This document shows positions 30,186 through 39,868 of a DNA stretch of 64,000 nt, piece by piece. Both the position numbers and the translations under genes were made by a program. A model generated the notes under the pieces. It saw nothing but the letters and a program-made list of their open reading frames with translations. It was not told the origin of the DNA and searched no databases. Within the stretch, counting starts at the first letter, position 1. Each line of letters starts with the position of its first letter. This DNA comes from an uncultured Nitrospiraceae bacterium (GTDB lineage Bacteria > Nitrospirota > Thermodesulfovibrionia > Thermodesulfovibrionales > Dissulfurispiraceae), in the NCBI GenBank assembly GCA_963705105.1, contig CAVPIW010000005.1, positions 352,001 to 416,000 on the forward strand, read 5' to 3'.

Positions 30186-31874
30186 TCACTTTGCCGCGAC
30201 CATGGAACGCGACAGCATGCCGCCGGAGATGTTTCGGGCCTTGAACCCGTTCTGCAGCAGGATCCGCGTCGCCCAGTAGGCACGCCCGCCGGAGCGGCAG
30301 ATGACGTGGATCTCGCGGTCGCGGGGCAGTTCGCCGAGGCGTGCGCGGAGCGCCGGCAACGGAATGTTGACCGCACCGGGCACGGACTCCGCGGCAAGTT
30401 CCGGCGGGTTGCGGACGTCAAGGAGGAACTTGCCGTCCACGGAGTCCCAGTGGCAGAGCGGCATATCGCCCCGGAGGACATTGGCTGAAACCATCCCCGC
30501 AAAGTTGACGGGATCCTTCGCGCTTCCGAAGGCGGGCGCGTAGCAGAGCTCTGCTTCTTCCAGGTCGTACACCGTGGCGCCCAGCTGGATCGCCATGGCA
30601 AGGACATCGATCCGCTTGTCAACGCCGTCCAGGCCCAGCGCCTGCGCCCCGAGCAGACGTCCGTCGGATTTCCGGAATATGACTTTCAGCACGATCGTTT
30701 TGGCGCCAGGGTAGTACCCCGCGTGCGAGTTCGGGAACAGGTAGACCTTATCGAAGTCATCATGGCCCAGGCGCTTGAGAAGCTTCTCGTTGGCGCCCGT
30801 CATGGCGACCGTGGCCCCGAAGATCCCGATGACCGAGGTGCCCTGGGTGCCGCGGAACCTCGAGTCGCGTCCGGCGATTACATCGGCTGCGATGCGGCCC
30901 TGCCGGTTCGCAGGCCCTGCCAGCGGGATCAGGGACCATTCCCCGGTGACGAAATCCTTGACTTCGACCGCGTCTCCGACAGCGAAGATATCCGGGTTGC
31001 TCGTGCGCATGTGTTCGTCGACGCGAATCCCTCCGCGCCGGCCGATCTCGAGCCCGGCCGCCTTTGCCAGCTCCGCCTCAGGACGCACGCCGATGGCGAG
31101 GATCACGATGTCTGCCGGATGAGCCTTGCCGGATTTCGTGAGAACCTCCAGCGAGCCGCCCGCGGTCTGCTTGAAGCCGGCCACTGCGTCACTGAGCGCG
31201 AGGCGGATGCCGTTCTTTTCGAGGTGGCGCTCAACGAGACGGGCGCATTCGAGGTCGAGCGGGGCCATGACCTGGTCGAGCATCTCGACGATCGTCACTT
31301 CAAGACCGCGGTGGACCAGGTTCTCCGCCATCTCGAGTCCGATATACCCTCCGCCCACAACCACCGCGCGTTTCGGCTTCTCCAGCGGCCGGAATCCGGC
31401 GGATGCCTGCTCCTCGGTCAGCTCGCTGGCACCCCTCTCGATCCACTCCCGGATATTCCTCGCGTCCGGCACGGTGCGCACCGAGAAGATCCCCGGGAGG
31501 TCGATGCCGGGCAGGGGCGGGCGGATCGGGGCCGCCCCCGGCGAGAGCACGAGCTTGTCGTAGGACTCGGTCGTCACCTCGCCGGTGGAGACATTGCGCA
31601 GCTCAACGGTCTTCTTATCCGGTGAGATATTCACGGCTTCGCATTTCGTGCGCACATCGATCGCGAACATTGCACGGAACATCTGCTCCGAGAACACGAG
31701 GAGGCTCGACTCCTGCTCGATCAGGCCGCCGACATGGTAGGGGAGCCCGCAGTTCGCGTACGAAACATAGGGTCCGCGCTCCACCATGAGGATCTCGGCA
31801 TTTTCATCCAATCTGCGCAGCCGCGCCGCACACGACGCACCCCCTGCCACTCCGCCAACAATGATGACTTTCAT
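30186..31874 (-). CDS. CoA-disulfide/persulfide reductase with C-terminal rhodanese (CoADR-RHD / Npsr-like)
   Basis: GGVAGG, SYANCGLP, GGGYIGLE, YAPAF, rhodanese CRSGGR. Confidence 0.92.
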   Translation of the reverse strand: MKVIIVGGVAGGASCAARLRRLDENAEILMVERGPYVSYANCGLPYHVGGLIEQESSLLVFSEQMFRAMFAIDVRTKCEAVNISPDKKTVELRNVSTGEVTTESYDKLVLSPGAAPIRPPLPGIDLPGIFSVRTVPDARNIREWIERGASELTEEQASAGFRPLEKPKRAVVVGGGYIGLEMAENLVHRGLEVTIVEMLDQVMAPLDLECARLVERHLEKNGIRLALSDAVAGFKQTAGGSLEVLTKSGKAHPADIVILAIGVRPEAELAKAAGLEIGRRGGIRVDEHMRTSNPDIFAVGDAVEVKDFVTGEWSLIPLAGPANRQGRIAADVIAGRDSRFRGTQGTSVIGIFGATVAMTGANEKLLKRLGHDDFDKVYLFPNSHAGYYPGAKTIVLKVIFRKSDGRLLGAQALGLDGVDKRIDVLAMAIQLGATVYDLEEAELCYAPAFGSAKDPVNFAGMVSANVLRGDMPLCHWDSVDGKFLLDVRNPPELAAESVPGAVNIPLPALRARLGELPRDREIHVICRSGGRAYWATRILLQNGFKARNISGGMLSRSMVAAK

Positions 31875-32030
31875 TGTCTTCCCTCCTTATTCATTATTCA
31901 TTGGCTTGATCTTCCGCATCACAAAAGCTGTATAAAATCATGAAGAAAACTGACTTCTGTTTCAGGTCCATATCGATTCCTCAACGTTCTCTTTGCCGCC
32001 GCTTCTCAATTCCCTCCTTTCCCTTTCCCA

Positions 32031-32342
32031 TCACATCTCCGCTATCTTTGCACCCAGCTTCCGTGTGCTGATCTGATACTTTATCTCCGACTCCGCGCAG
32101 AGAACTTTCAACACGCCCATAAGCACGCTGAACCGCTCGGACCGTATATACCGCTCCATGGAGTCCTGTGTCGCCCACTCTTCGATCAGGTAAAAGACGC
32201 TGGAATCGTTCATATCCTGATAGAGAGAGTATTTCGCCAGGTCTGCTTCTTCCTCGAGATTGTTCTGCATGGACTGCAAGGTCTGGAGAAGCTCTTCACG
32301 CTTTCCGGGGCGAACCCGAAGCAAGACGTTGACGGTGCTCAC
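32031..32342 (-). CDS. Antibiotic biosynthesis monooxygenase (ABM) family protein
   Basis: VRPGKREELL...FYLIEEW pattern; GTG start after AAGGAGG. Confidence 0.75.
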   Translation of the reverse strand: MSTVNVLLRVRPGKREELLQTLQSMQNNLEEEADLAKYSLYQDMNDSSVFYLIEEWATQDSMERYIRSERFSVLMGVLKVLCAESEIKYQISTRKLGAKIAEM

Positions 32343-32420
32343 ATTTCCTCCTTTTGATCCCGATAAGAGAAGATTTAGGCAACCGAAACGTATGCTGCTG
32401 AATCGATCAGCGGGAAGTAA

Positions 32421-32436
32421 AGCAAGACACGCACCA
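32421..32436 (-). promoter_or_regulatory. Sigma-54 (-24/-12) promoter
   Basis: TGGTGCGTGTCTTGCT, GG-N10-GC spacing, ~80 bp upstream of the first gene of the minus-strand cluster, with an AT-rich tract just upstream. Confidence 0.7.
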
Positions 32437-32824
32437 GGGGGGAGCGCGCGCGGGGATGCGCGTATTAAATTGAAATACAATGATTAATTGAATACGGAGT
32501 GAACGGAGGGGGAAAAGGTGCAGGTCTGGCCACGGAATTAAACCCATGGAATACCGTGCATTCCACGGCATGTCGTGGGTTCTGCCGGTACCATAGCAAT
32601 GATGCAATGATCCTGCAATTCGAGGATGTGTCCACCGGCAGGCTGTTTCCGCTTCCCTTCCAGACGTTCGAATCCTGAGAGCACCGCATTTCCGCTCTGA
32701 TCGGCGCTTTCTGCCGCATCGTGTGCTGAGACCGTGAAGCCCGGCGGGATCATAAAGACCGATGCGAATCCTGAAACTTACATCCTGCATCTCCATAGTG
32801 TCATCAATTTGCCTTGACACCGTC

Positions 32825-32856
32825 TTGACATTGCAGTCTTGATGCGTTATCATCAA
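32825..32856 (+). promoter_or_regulatory. Sigma-70 promoter of vapBC with overlapping palindromic operator
   Basis: TTGACA-N17-TATCAT (32825-32853), overlapped by TTGATG-N6-CATCAA (32839-32856). Confidence 0.75.
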
Positions 32857-32932
32857 ACATCAGATGTCGGGCATGATTCATGGATTCACACGGGCAAGCC
32901 CGTGGAACCCTGTTATGGTATCGGAGCGAACG

Positions 32933-33160
32933 ATGCGCACAACAGTCGATCTTGAAGAAGATGTCCTTCTTGCAGCCAAGGAAATTGCAAAGCAACGAGG
33001 CAGCACTCTTGGCCGGGTATTGTCGGAATTGGCTCGACAAACACTGACCCGACGGCCTTCTGTATCCACGAAGCATGGTCTGCCGCTCTTCCCGGTCCGG
33101 CCCGATGCCGCGGTGGTTACGCTGGAGCTGGTCAACCGCCTTCGGGACGAGACGCCATGA
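32933..33160 (+). CDS. vapB: VapB-type ribbon-helix-helix antitoxin
   Basis: MRTTVDLEEDVL...LSELARQ; ATGA overlap with the toxin gene. Confidence 0.85.
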   Translation: MRTTVDLEEDVLLAAKEIAKQRGSTLGRVLSELARQTLTRRPSVSTKHGLPLFPVRPDAAVVTLELVNRLRDETP

Positions 33161-33588
33161 CAACCTATCTCCTGGATGTCAATCTGCTCCTTGCCTTGAG
33201 TGATCCGATGCATATTCATCATGAATCAGCCCACCGCTGGTTCGCTGAAAAGGGCCGGCGGGCCTGGGCAACCTGTCCTCTCACCGAAAATGGCTTCATC
33301 CGCATTGCCAGCCACCCGAACTACCCCAACCGACCCGGCGATGTGACGGCTGTGCTTTCCATCTTTCGCCGGCTTTGTGAGGCCCCGGGCCATCACTTCT
33401 GGTCCGAGGACATCAGCATCCTTCAAATCCTCCAGCCCGAGGCGATTATCACGCATGTTCAAATCACCGACGTCTACCTCCTGGGACTGGCCGTTCACAA
33501 AAAGGGCAAACTGGCAACCCTTGATCAACGAATCCCGGTTGACGCCGTTCGCGGTGGCCGCAAAGCCCTCGAACTCATCATGCCATAA
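33157..33588 (+). CDS. vapC: VapC PIN-domain toxin
   Basis: LLDVNLLLAL, TENGFIR, ITDVYLL, LATLD acidic PIN residues. Confidence 0.9.
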   Translation: MTTYLLDVNLLLALSDPMHIHHESAHRWFAEKGRRAWATCPLTENGFIRIASHPNYPNRPGDVTAVLSIFRRLCEAPGHHFWSEDISILQILQPEAIITHVQITDVYLLGLAVHKKGKLATLDQRIPVDAVRGGRKALELIMP

Positions 33589-33664
33589 TCATCGGGGCCC
33601 GGATCGACTGCACGGGCGGTCAAGTAACGTCTTACACGGCAATCCTGGCCATGTGCCTTCCGGA

Positions 33665-35710
33665 TCAGGAAATTTCGGGCCGTACAATGTTGAGTTTCTT
33701 CATGCGGGTCCGAAGGGTGCTGGGCTTCAGGCCGAGCGCCCGGGCGGCCCCGGCCTGACCTTCTATCTTCCACTTCACCGCTTCGAGCGTCTTTTGGATA
33801 TGAGACCGCTCCACGTCCGTCAGGCAGGAGTGTGTTGTGTCGCGAACCTCAGCCGTAGACGGCGAGACGGCGCCGAGCTGCTCCACAAGCTCCAGCACCG
33901 GTCCGCTGCTCATAATGACCGCCCGCTCGATGACGTTTTCCAGCTCGCGCACGTTGCCGGGCCAGACATAGCCCTGCAATGCCCGCATGGCCTCCCGGGG
34001 GACCGTGGAGATGCGCCTTCCCAACTGCTTGTTCAGACGCTCGATGAGCGCATCGACGATCAGCGGGATGTCCTCAGTCCGCTCCCGGAGAGGCGGCACG
34101 GTGATGGGGAAAACGTTCAGCCGGTAGAAGAGGTCTTCGCGGAACCTGCCGTTGCGGATCTCCTCATCGAGGTGCCGGTTCGTCGACGCGATGATCCTGA
34201 CGTCCACCTTGATGGTATGGGGACTTCCGAGCCGTTCGAACTCGCCGCTCTCTATGACCCGGAGCAGCTTAGCCTGAAGCTCGACAGGCAGCTCGGCGAT
34301 CTCATCGAGAAAGATGGTGCCTTTATCGGCAAGCTGGAAACGGCCGATCTGGCTTGCCTGTGCCCCCGTGAAGGCGCCCTTTTCCCTTCCGAACAGCTCA
34401 CTCTCGATCAGGTTCGCCGGGAGCACGGCACAGTTCACATGGATCATCGGCCGGTCCTTGCGCAAGCTCGCCTCGTGCACTGCCCGGGCGACCAGTCCCT
34501 TTCCTGTTCCGGTCTCGCCGACGATCAGCACTGTGCTGTCCAGGGGCGCCACCTGGCGGATGCGGTAGTGAACGTATTTGATCGGATCGCTCAGGCCGAT
34601 GATGGTCTCCGGAGGGCGGCGCGTGCCGATCTCCGTCCTCAGGTAGGTGTTCTCAGCCTCGAGCATGTCCTTCAGCCTGGAGATCTCATCATAGGATTTC
34701 CTGATCTCCTCTTCGGCCTCTTTGCGCCCGGTGATATCGACCGACACACCCATCAGGCGGGCGGCTGATCCGGGCGTTTCTGCATACGGCCGACCCTGGG
34801 AGAGTATCCAGCGAATGCCTCCGTCGGGTCGCATGACACGGTATTCGACATTGTTATCACTTCCCGACTGCATGGTCATTTCCGCAGCTCGGAGAAGATG
34901 CTCGCGGTCTTCGGGGTGGACAATACTGAGGAAGCTCTCAAGGCTTAGATCGCTGTCCGGTGCAAACCCGAAAAACTCCTTGGCCTTTTCCGTCGTCCAG
35001 ATATGACCGGAGCCCACATCCAGGTTCCAAAGCATCGCCCCGGCGGCATCAGCCGTCAGACTCAGCCGTGCTTCCCCCTCCCGCAATGCCCGGTCTGCGT
35101 TTCTGCGCTCCAATGCATTGATAAAGATCTCCCCTAACAGCTGCAACCGCGGAACGTATTCTTCGGGCCACGAGCACTCCTCGCTCATGGCGTTGATTAT
35201 CACGACGATGGACGAGACCTTTTCTTCCATGAAAAGGGGAATGTCCAGGTAGGACCGGATGCCCATGGCAGTGCAAGTCGACCTGTCCTGTCCAGCCTCT
35301 TCCGGCAGTTCTTCCAGCCTTTCAATACAAACCGGTTGTCCCTGCAACACAAGCCTTTCATAGGCCCATGGAAACAGATCGGCGAGCTCAATATCCCCGG
35401 ACACACGCTCGATGCCTTCGGCATAGGCGGCATGGGTGACATGCACCCGTTTCCGGTCAGGGGAAATTCCGAGCAGAACGCAGCGCTCGAACTCGAAAAA
35501 TTCGAGCACCTGTTCCAGCGCGTGCTCAATTTCCCGGTCAACCTGGTCAGGAGCGATATTCACAAACCGGGCCGAGAGGTCCGAAATCAGCCTTTCAAAG
35601 CGCAAATGATCATCACTGTGACTGTCTTCCCGCCGCAGGGACGGCGAGGCGGTCTCAGCATCTCTTTCCCCGCGGTGCGGATCCCCTCTCCTGATCATCT
35701 CTTCATCCAT
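33665..35710 (-). CDS. Sigma-54-dependent activator (GAF-PAS-AAA+-HTH)
   Basis: GETGTGK, ESELFG, GAFTGA, FLDEI, WPGNVRELEN, Fis-type HTH. Confidence 0.95.
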   Translation of the reverse strand: MDEEMIRRGDPHRGERDAETASPSLRREDSHSDDHLRFERLISDLSARFVNIAPDQVDREIEHALEQVLEFFEFERCVLLGISPDRKRVHVTHAAYAEGIERVSGDIELADLFPWAYERLVLQGQPVCIERLEELPEEAGQDRSTCTAMGIRSYLDIPLFMEEKVSSIVVIINAMSEECSWPEEYVPRLQLLGEIFINALERRNADRALREGEARLSLTADAAGAMLWNLDVGSGHIWTTEKAKEFFGFAPDSDLSLESFLSIVHPEDREHLLRAAEMTMQSGSDNNVEYRVMRPDGGIRWILSQGRPYAETPGSAARLMGVSVDITGRKEAEEEIRKSYDEISRLKDMLEAENTYLRTEIGTRRPPETIIGLSDPIKYVHYRIRQVAPLDSTVLIVGETGTGKGLVARAVHEASLRKDRPMIHVNCAVLPANLIESELFGREKGAFTGAQASQIGRFQLADKGTIFLDEIAELPVELQAKLLRVIESGEFERLGSPHTIKVDVRIIASTNRHLDEEIRNGRFREDLFYRLNVFPITVPPLRERTEDIPLIVDALIERLNKQLGRRISTVPREAMRALQGYVWPGNVRELENVIERAVIMSSGPVLELVEQLGAVSPSTAEVRDTTHSCLTDVERSHIQKTLEAVKWKIEGQAGAARALGLKPSTLRTRMKKLNIVRPEIS

Positions 35711-35714
35711 TGCT

Positions 35715-36917
35715 TCAGAAAATGACGCCGAGAAATTTCATGATCAGCTCTTCCAGCGGCATCATGGTAAGAGTAAGGGGAAGGACCGGCAGCAGGATGA
35801 TGACGATGAACTGAATGACCGTTTCTTTACTGAAAGGGACAGGCCGGATGCCCCTGATTATTTCGAAACTGTTTCCCAGGTCGGCGAGAGACTGTATGTC
35901 GCCGCTCCCGATGAATTGCTCATCCGCCGGTGCGCCGCCGCGAACCCATTTCTGATCGAACTCTTCGACATACCGGCTCGCCAGCTTTCCGTACTCGCGC
36001 AGGCCGGCCCTCCTGGCACGCATCAAGTGCGGGCTGAAGACAAGGAGTGGTCCGAACACCGCCATCATGACTGCGGCGGTAAGGCCAATCGCCTCGAGCT
36101 TGAAATCAGCCAACTTCGCACCTGCATAAAAGATCCGGTTGGCTATCAGTCCCGACAGCAGCACTCCATGGGCCATGATGAACAACGACTTCGCAAAGAC
36201 GCTGACCGAGAGGAAGCCGAGACCCGCCGCACGGTCGGGGTGGGTGGGCAAAAGGTGCAGGTCAAGCCTTGAGACCTGCCAGAGAAAGCGCGCCCATACG
36301 AAAAGCCGAAAATACCAGCGGATAAGAATGAACTGAAAGAGGGGCCGGCTCACAAAACCATACCAGTATCCTGCCGGTGACAGTCGCACGCCTGCGTCGC
36401 TCTGTGTCGCATACCAGGTTGCGGTCTCATGAACGACCTCCTCCATCCCGCTCATCGCGCTCCAGGTGAAATGACCTCCGACGAAGACGAAAAGGAGAAG
36501 CGCCACCTCAACAGCAATGGAGTTCCTCAATCTCATGGCGGAATCGATGATCGCGCCGAATCGCGGAAGCGACTCCTCAGGAATAATTCCCCTGTCCAGG
36601 AACTGTTGCACGATTGTCCGGATTCGTGTATGAACCATGAGCTCGGCAACGATGAGCAGGGGCAGCGCGAGCAGAAAACGAGACTGCATGTCGATATCAT
36701 AGAGGAACGGTATCCTGACGCCGCCAAGCGCCCTGCCGTCAAGCAGGGAGAGAAGGAAAAGCGGCAGCCACGCAAAGAGGGTGATAACGACAATGCGCTG
36801 CCTGAGGTGCCCGAGGGCCGAATCCTCCAGATGCGCACGAATCAGGAGCTGATACAGCGGCCCCCCGAGTACGAGCGAGAAATCCTGCGTTTTCTTGAAA
36901 TATTCCGATTCGTTCAT
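35715..36917 (-). CDS. Hypothetical multi-pass membrane protein
   Basis: FSLVLGGP, HPDRAAGLGFL, DIQSLADL motifs; many TM segments. Confidence 0.75.
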   Translation of the reverse strand: MNESEYFKKTQDFSLVLGGPLYQLLIRAHLEDSALGHLRQRIVVITLFAWLPLFLLSLLDGRALGGVRIPFLYDIDMQSRFLLALPLLIVAELMVHTRIRTIVQQFLDRGIIPEESLPRFGAIIDSAMRLRNSIAVEVALLLFVFVGGHFTWSAMSGMEEVVHETATWYATQSDAGVRLSPAGYWYGFVSRPLFQFILIRWYFRLFVWARFLWQVSRLDLHLLPTHPDRAAGLGFLSVSVFAKSLFIMAHGVLLSGLIANRIFYAGAKLADFKLEAIGLTAAVMMAVFGPLLVFSPHLMRARRAGLREYGKLASRYVEEFDQKWVRGGAPADEQFIGSGDIQSLADLGNSFEIIRGIRPVPFSKETVIQFIVIILLPVLPLTLTMMPLEELIMKFLGVIF

Positions 36918-37015
36918 ATCACCGTTCGGAGCGCGCAAGGACGTGCATCAAGATCATTTTGTCGTCCTTTCCGGATCAGCTGCCGATGCCTTCTCCTGCA
37001 ACCGGGGGATGTCCG

Positions 37016-37654
37016 TCATATGTCCCGCGACGGACAGAGGTCAAAGAGGACACATTTCCCGTGGTCGGGCTTCTTCGCCTGGCAGACCTTCCTGCCGTGC
37101 AGGATGAAAAGGTGTGTCAGGACTCCCCAATCCTCCCTCGGATACAGGGCCATCAGGTCTTGTTCGATCTTCACGGGGTCATCGCTCTTCGTCAGCCCGA
37201 GTCTCCCGGCGAGCCGCTTCACATGGGTGTCGACGGCGATCCCTTCGCTGATCCCGAAGGCGTTGTACAGCATGATATTCGCCGTCTTCCTCGCGACGCC
37301 AGGCAGCTGCGTCAACTCCTCCATGGTCTTCGGCACTTCTCCTCCGAACTTCTCCATGATCATCTGCGCAGCAGTCCGGATATTTCTTGCCTTCGTCCGG
37401 TAAAAGTTGACCGAGCCCACATCGCGCTGGAGCTCCTCAAGCGACGCTTCCGCAAAATCCCTCACGGACCGGTACTTACGGAAGAGAGGACCCGTCACCT
37501 TGTTGACGAGGGCGTCCGTTGTCTGCGCTGACAGCACCGTCGCGACGAGCAATTCGAAGGGCGTCGAAAAGCTGAGCGCCGTTTTCGGATCGCGGTATTC
37601 TTCTTTCAGCCCTGCGATGATCCGGCTTACCCTCTCAGGCGCCTGCACGCCCAC
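37016..37654 (-). CDS. nth: Endonuclease III
   Basis: LSAQTTD, LPGVARKTAN HhH, VDTHV, C-terminal Fe-S motif. Confidence 0.93.
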   Translation of the reverse strand: MGVQAPERVSRIIAGLKEEYRDPKTALSFSTPFELLVATVLSAQTTDALVNKVTGPLFRKYRSVRDFAEASLEELQRDVGSVNFYRTKARNIRTAAQMIMEKFGGEVPKTMEELTQLPGVARKTANIMLYNAFGISEGIAVDTHVKRLAGRLGLTKSDDPVKIEQDLMALYPREDWGVLTHLFILHGRKVCQAKKPDHGKCVLFDLCPSRDI

Positions 37655-38138
37655 CCCTGCCGGGCTGCTCTTTCTTCTTCTTTTTGTAGACGAGCACGGC
37701 CGGACGTTTTCCCCGTACCGTCGATGACGTCAGGAGCTGCTCCCTCAGCTTTGTCACGTTCTTTGTGACCCTGATGAAGCCCTGCTTCTCGAAATACTCG
37801 ACGAGGTCCGTCAGGACATAGATCGCTGTTCCCAGAGTGATTCTCAGCAGATGTTTGATGATGAGGGTGCCGATACCTTCACCCCACAGGTCTTCGAGCA
37901 CGACGACGGAATTGATCGTATGCAGATCGCCGATCTTCTGGAGCCTTCCGAAACCCAGCATCGTCCCGTTTTCCGTCGCCACGACAAAATCGCTGTAGTT
38001 GAGATTTTCGGTATGGAAATGGTATTTCTCCATCCCGCCCTTGATCTTGTCGAGATCGGCCATCGTCGCCCTGCGGATGGTGACCACCTTTCCGACGATG
38101 TTCAACGATCCCGGGGCCTTCTTCGTTTCATCTGCCAT
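37635..38138 (-). CDS. GNAT family N-acetyltransferase
   Basis: IRRAT, VVLEDLWGEGIG, YFEKQGF. Confidence 0.75.
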   Translation of the reverse strand: MADETKKAPGSLNIVGKVVTIRRATMADLDKIKGGMEKYHFHTENLNYSDFVVATENGTMLGFGRLQKIGDLHTINSVVVLEDLWGEGIGTLIIKHLLRITLGTAIYVLTDLVEYFEKQGFIRVTKNVTKLREQLLTSSTVRGKRPAVLVYKKKKKEQPGRGGRAGA

Positions 38139-38184
38139 ATCTTCTCCTCCTTGTCTTTTTTCACGATACCGTACCGGTGGCGGT

Positions 38185-39084
38185 CTACAGGGTGAACAGC
38201 CTCGACTTGATGTCGATGGCAGCCACCGCCCCCTCTCCCGCAGCGATCACCACCTGATCATGCCCCGTATTCAGGGGGCCGACAATATAAAGCCCCCCGA
38301 TGGACGATTCATAATTATGGTTCGTCACATACTTGAAGCCCTTGCCGTCCCTCTTCAGGGGAAGCTCGGAGAGAAAGGCGTTGTTGAGCTTGAACCCGAA
38401 ATTGGACATGATCACTTCGCATTCTATGATGCTCCCATCCTGCAGCTCGAGGCCCTCCATCCGTCCCGTCCCGGTGATTCTGCGGGGCCGCCCCTTGACG
38501 AGCCGTATCCCCTGGTCCGCCAGTTCCTCCTTGTAGTCTTCCGGCGGGTTATAGATGCAGAGCAGGAGCGTCACGTCCTTCGTGAACATCTCCTTCATGG
38601 CAAAGGCCAGCCTCACCGTGTAAATGGAGTTGCCGATGACCAGGAGCTTCCTGTCCGTGCAGCGGTAGCCGTCGCAGTCGACGCAGGTGAAGAAACTCGT
38701 GCCGAGATAGGTATGGACGTTTTCGATCTCGGGGAGGTTGTCCATCACCCCCGATGAGACAATGACGAACTGCGCCTTTTCCACGCCCTCTTCCGTGTAG
38801 ACTTCGAAAACATCTTTCGGCTTCAGGATTTTCGTGACGAGCCCCCTTCTGACTTCGACGTTAAAGCTCTTCGCCTGCTCGATGCCGAGCCGGACGATTT
38901 CTCTTCCCGAAATGTCTTTTTGAGTGAGGAAGTTCTCGATATGCTTTGCGTGCCAGGTGCGCCCGCCGCTCCGGTCGATGAGGAGCACCTTCCTGTTGTA
39001 CCTTCCCAGGTAGATCGCGGCCTGAAGACCGCCCGGACCTGCGCCGACGATGAGGCAATCATATATGCGTTCCTGTTGTTCCAT
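38185..39084 (-). CDS. Thioredoxin-reductase-like FAD/NAD(P) oxidoreductase
   Basis: GAGPGG, CVDCDG redox motif, AAGEGA. Confidence 0.88.
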   Translation of the reverse strand: MEQQERIYDCLIVGAGPGGLQAAIYLGRYNRKVLLIDRSGGRTWHAKHIENFLTQKDISGREIVRLGIEQAKSFNVEVRRGLVTKILKPKDVFEVYTEEGVEKAQFVIVSSGVMDNLPEIENVHTYLGTSFFTCVDCDGYRCTDRKLLVIGNSIYTVRLAFAMKEMFTKDVTLLLCIYNPPEDYKEELADQGIRLVKGRPRRITGTGRMEGLELQDGSIIECEVIMSNFGFKLNNAFLSELPLKRDGKGFKYVTNHNYESSIGGLYIVGPLNTGHDQVVIAAGEGAVAAIDIKSRLFTL

Positions 39085-39107
39085 AGTGACCGATGGACTC
39101 CCTGTGA

Positions 39108-39734
39108 TTATGTCTGTCCGGATGCCGCCAAAGCCGGCAGCATGCCCCCGACGTCCTGCAGGAACTCCTGGACCGTCGTGAAATGAATGACGACCAGGCC
39201 CTGACCTTTCGCCCGCTCCGTGTTTTTCTCGTTGTCGTCGATGAAGAGCACCTCCCCGGACTTACACTGAAGGAGAGCGACGACATCGGCGAACAGCGAG
39301 GGGTCTCTTTTGCTTTTCCCCATCCTGAAGGAGTTCAGGACACAGTGAAACCGATGATAAAAAGGCGTCCTCTTCTCAATCTCCTCAAGCCAGTTCGTCT
39401 GGTCACTGAGGATGCCGACCCTGATGCCGTTGTCTCTCATCCCGTCTACGATTGAAAGCATGGCATCTCTCAGCACGAAGCGCTTCAGGATCTCCTGCCT
39501 CAGGGCCTTATCACTTCCCGTGATTCCCGTTTTCTTCCTGATCGCGTCCCAATAAACGGCCTCTTCGACGCGGCCCGTGACATAGCCGGTCTCGTAGACC
39601 GATTCCTCAGCGATCCGGAAGAACGGCCCGGGATCGAGCCCCCTGCTCTCCGCGATCGCCGTCAGCCCGCCCCTGAAACCCTCTTCGGCGATGACGCCGC
39701 CGAAATCGAAAAGCACTGCGCATATTGAATCCAT
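39108..39734 (-). CDS. HAD family phosphatase
   Basis: FDFGGV, ILSD, FIDD motifs. Confidence 0.85.
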   Translation of the reverse strand: MDSICAVLFDFGGVIAEEGFRGGLTAIAESRGLDPGPFFRIAEESVYETGYVTGRVEEAVYWDAIRKKTGITGSDKALRQEILKRFVLRDAMLSIVDGMRDNGIRVGILSDQTNWLEEIEKRTPFYHRFHCVLNSFRMGKSKRDPSLFADVVALLQCKSGEVLFIDDNEKNTERAKGQGLVVIHFTTVQEFLQDVGGMLPALAASGQT

Positions 39735-39868
39735 GAATGGGTGTTCACCTCGTTCTTACAATACCCTAATTATACCTCAATGTGATGTCTATCGTTACAT
39801 AAGCATATGCCCGCTTTGTGGCTTCGTGTGAGACTGTCTTTTTCAGTCTCTCACACGATTGATGGGAT

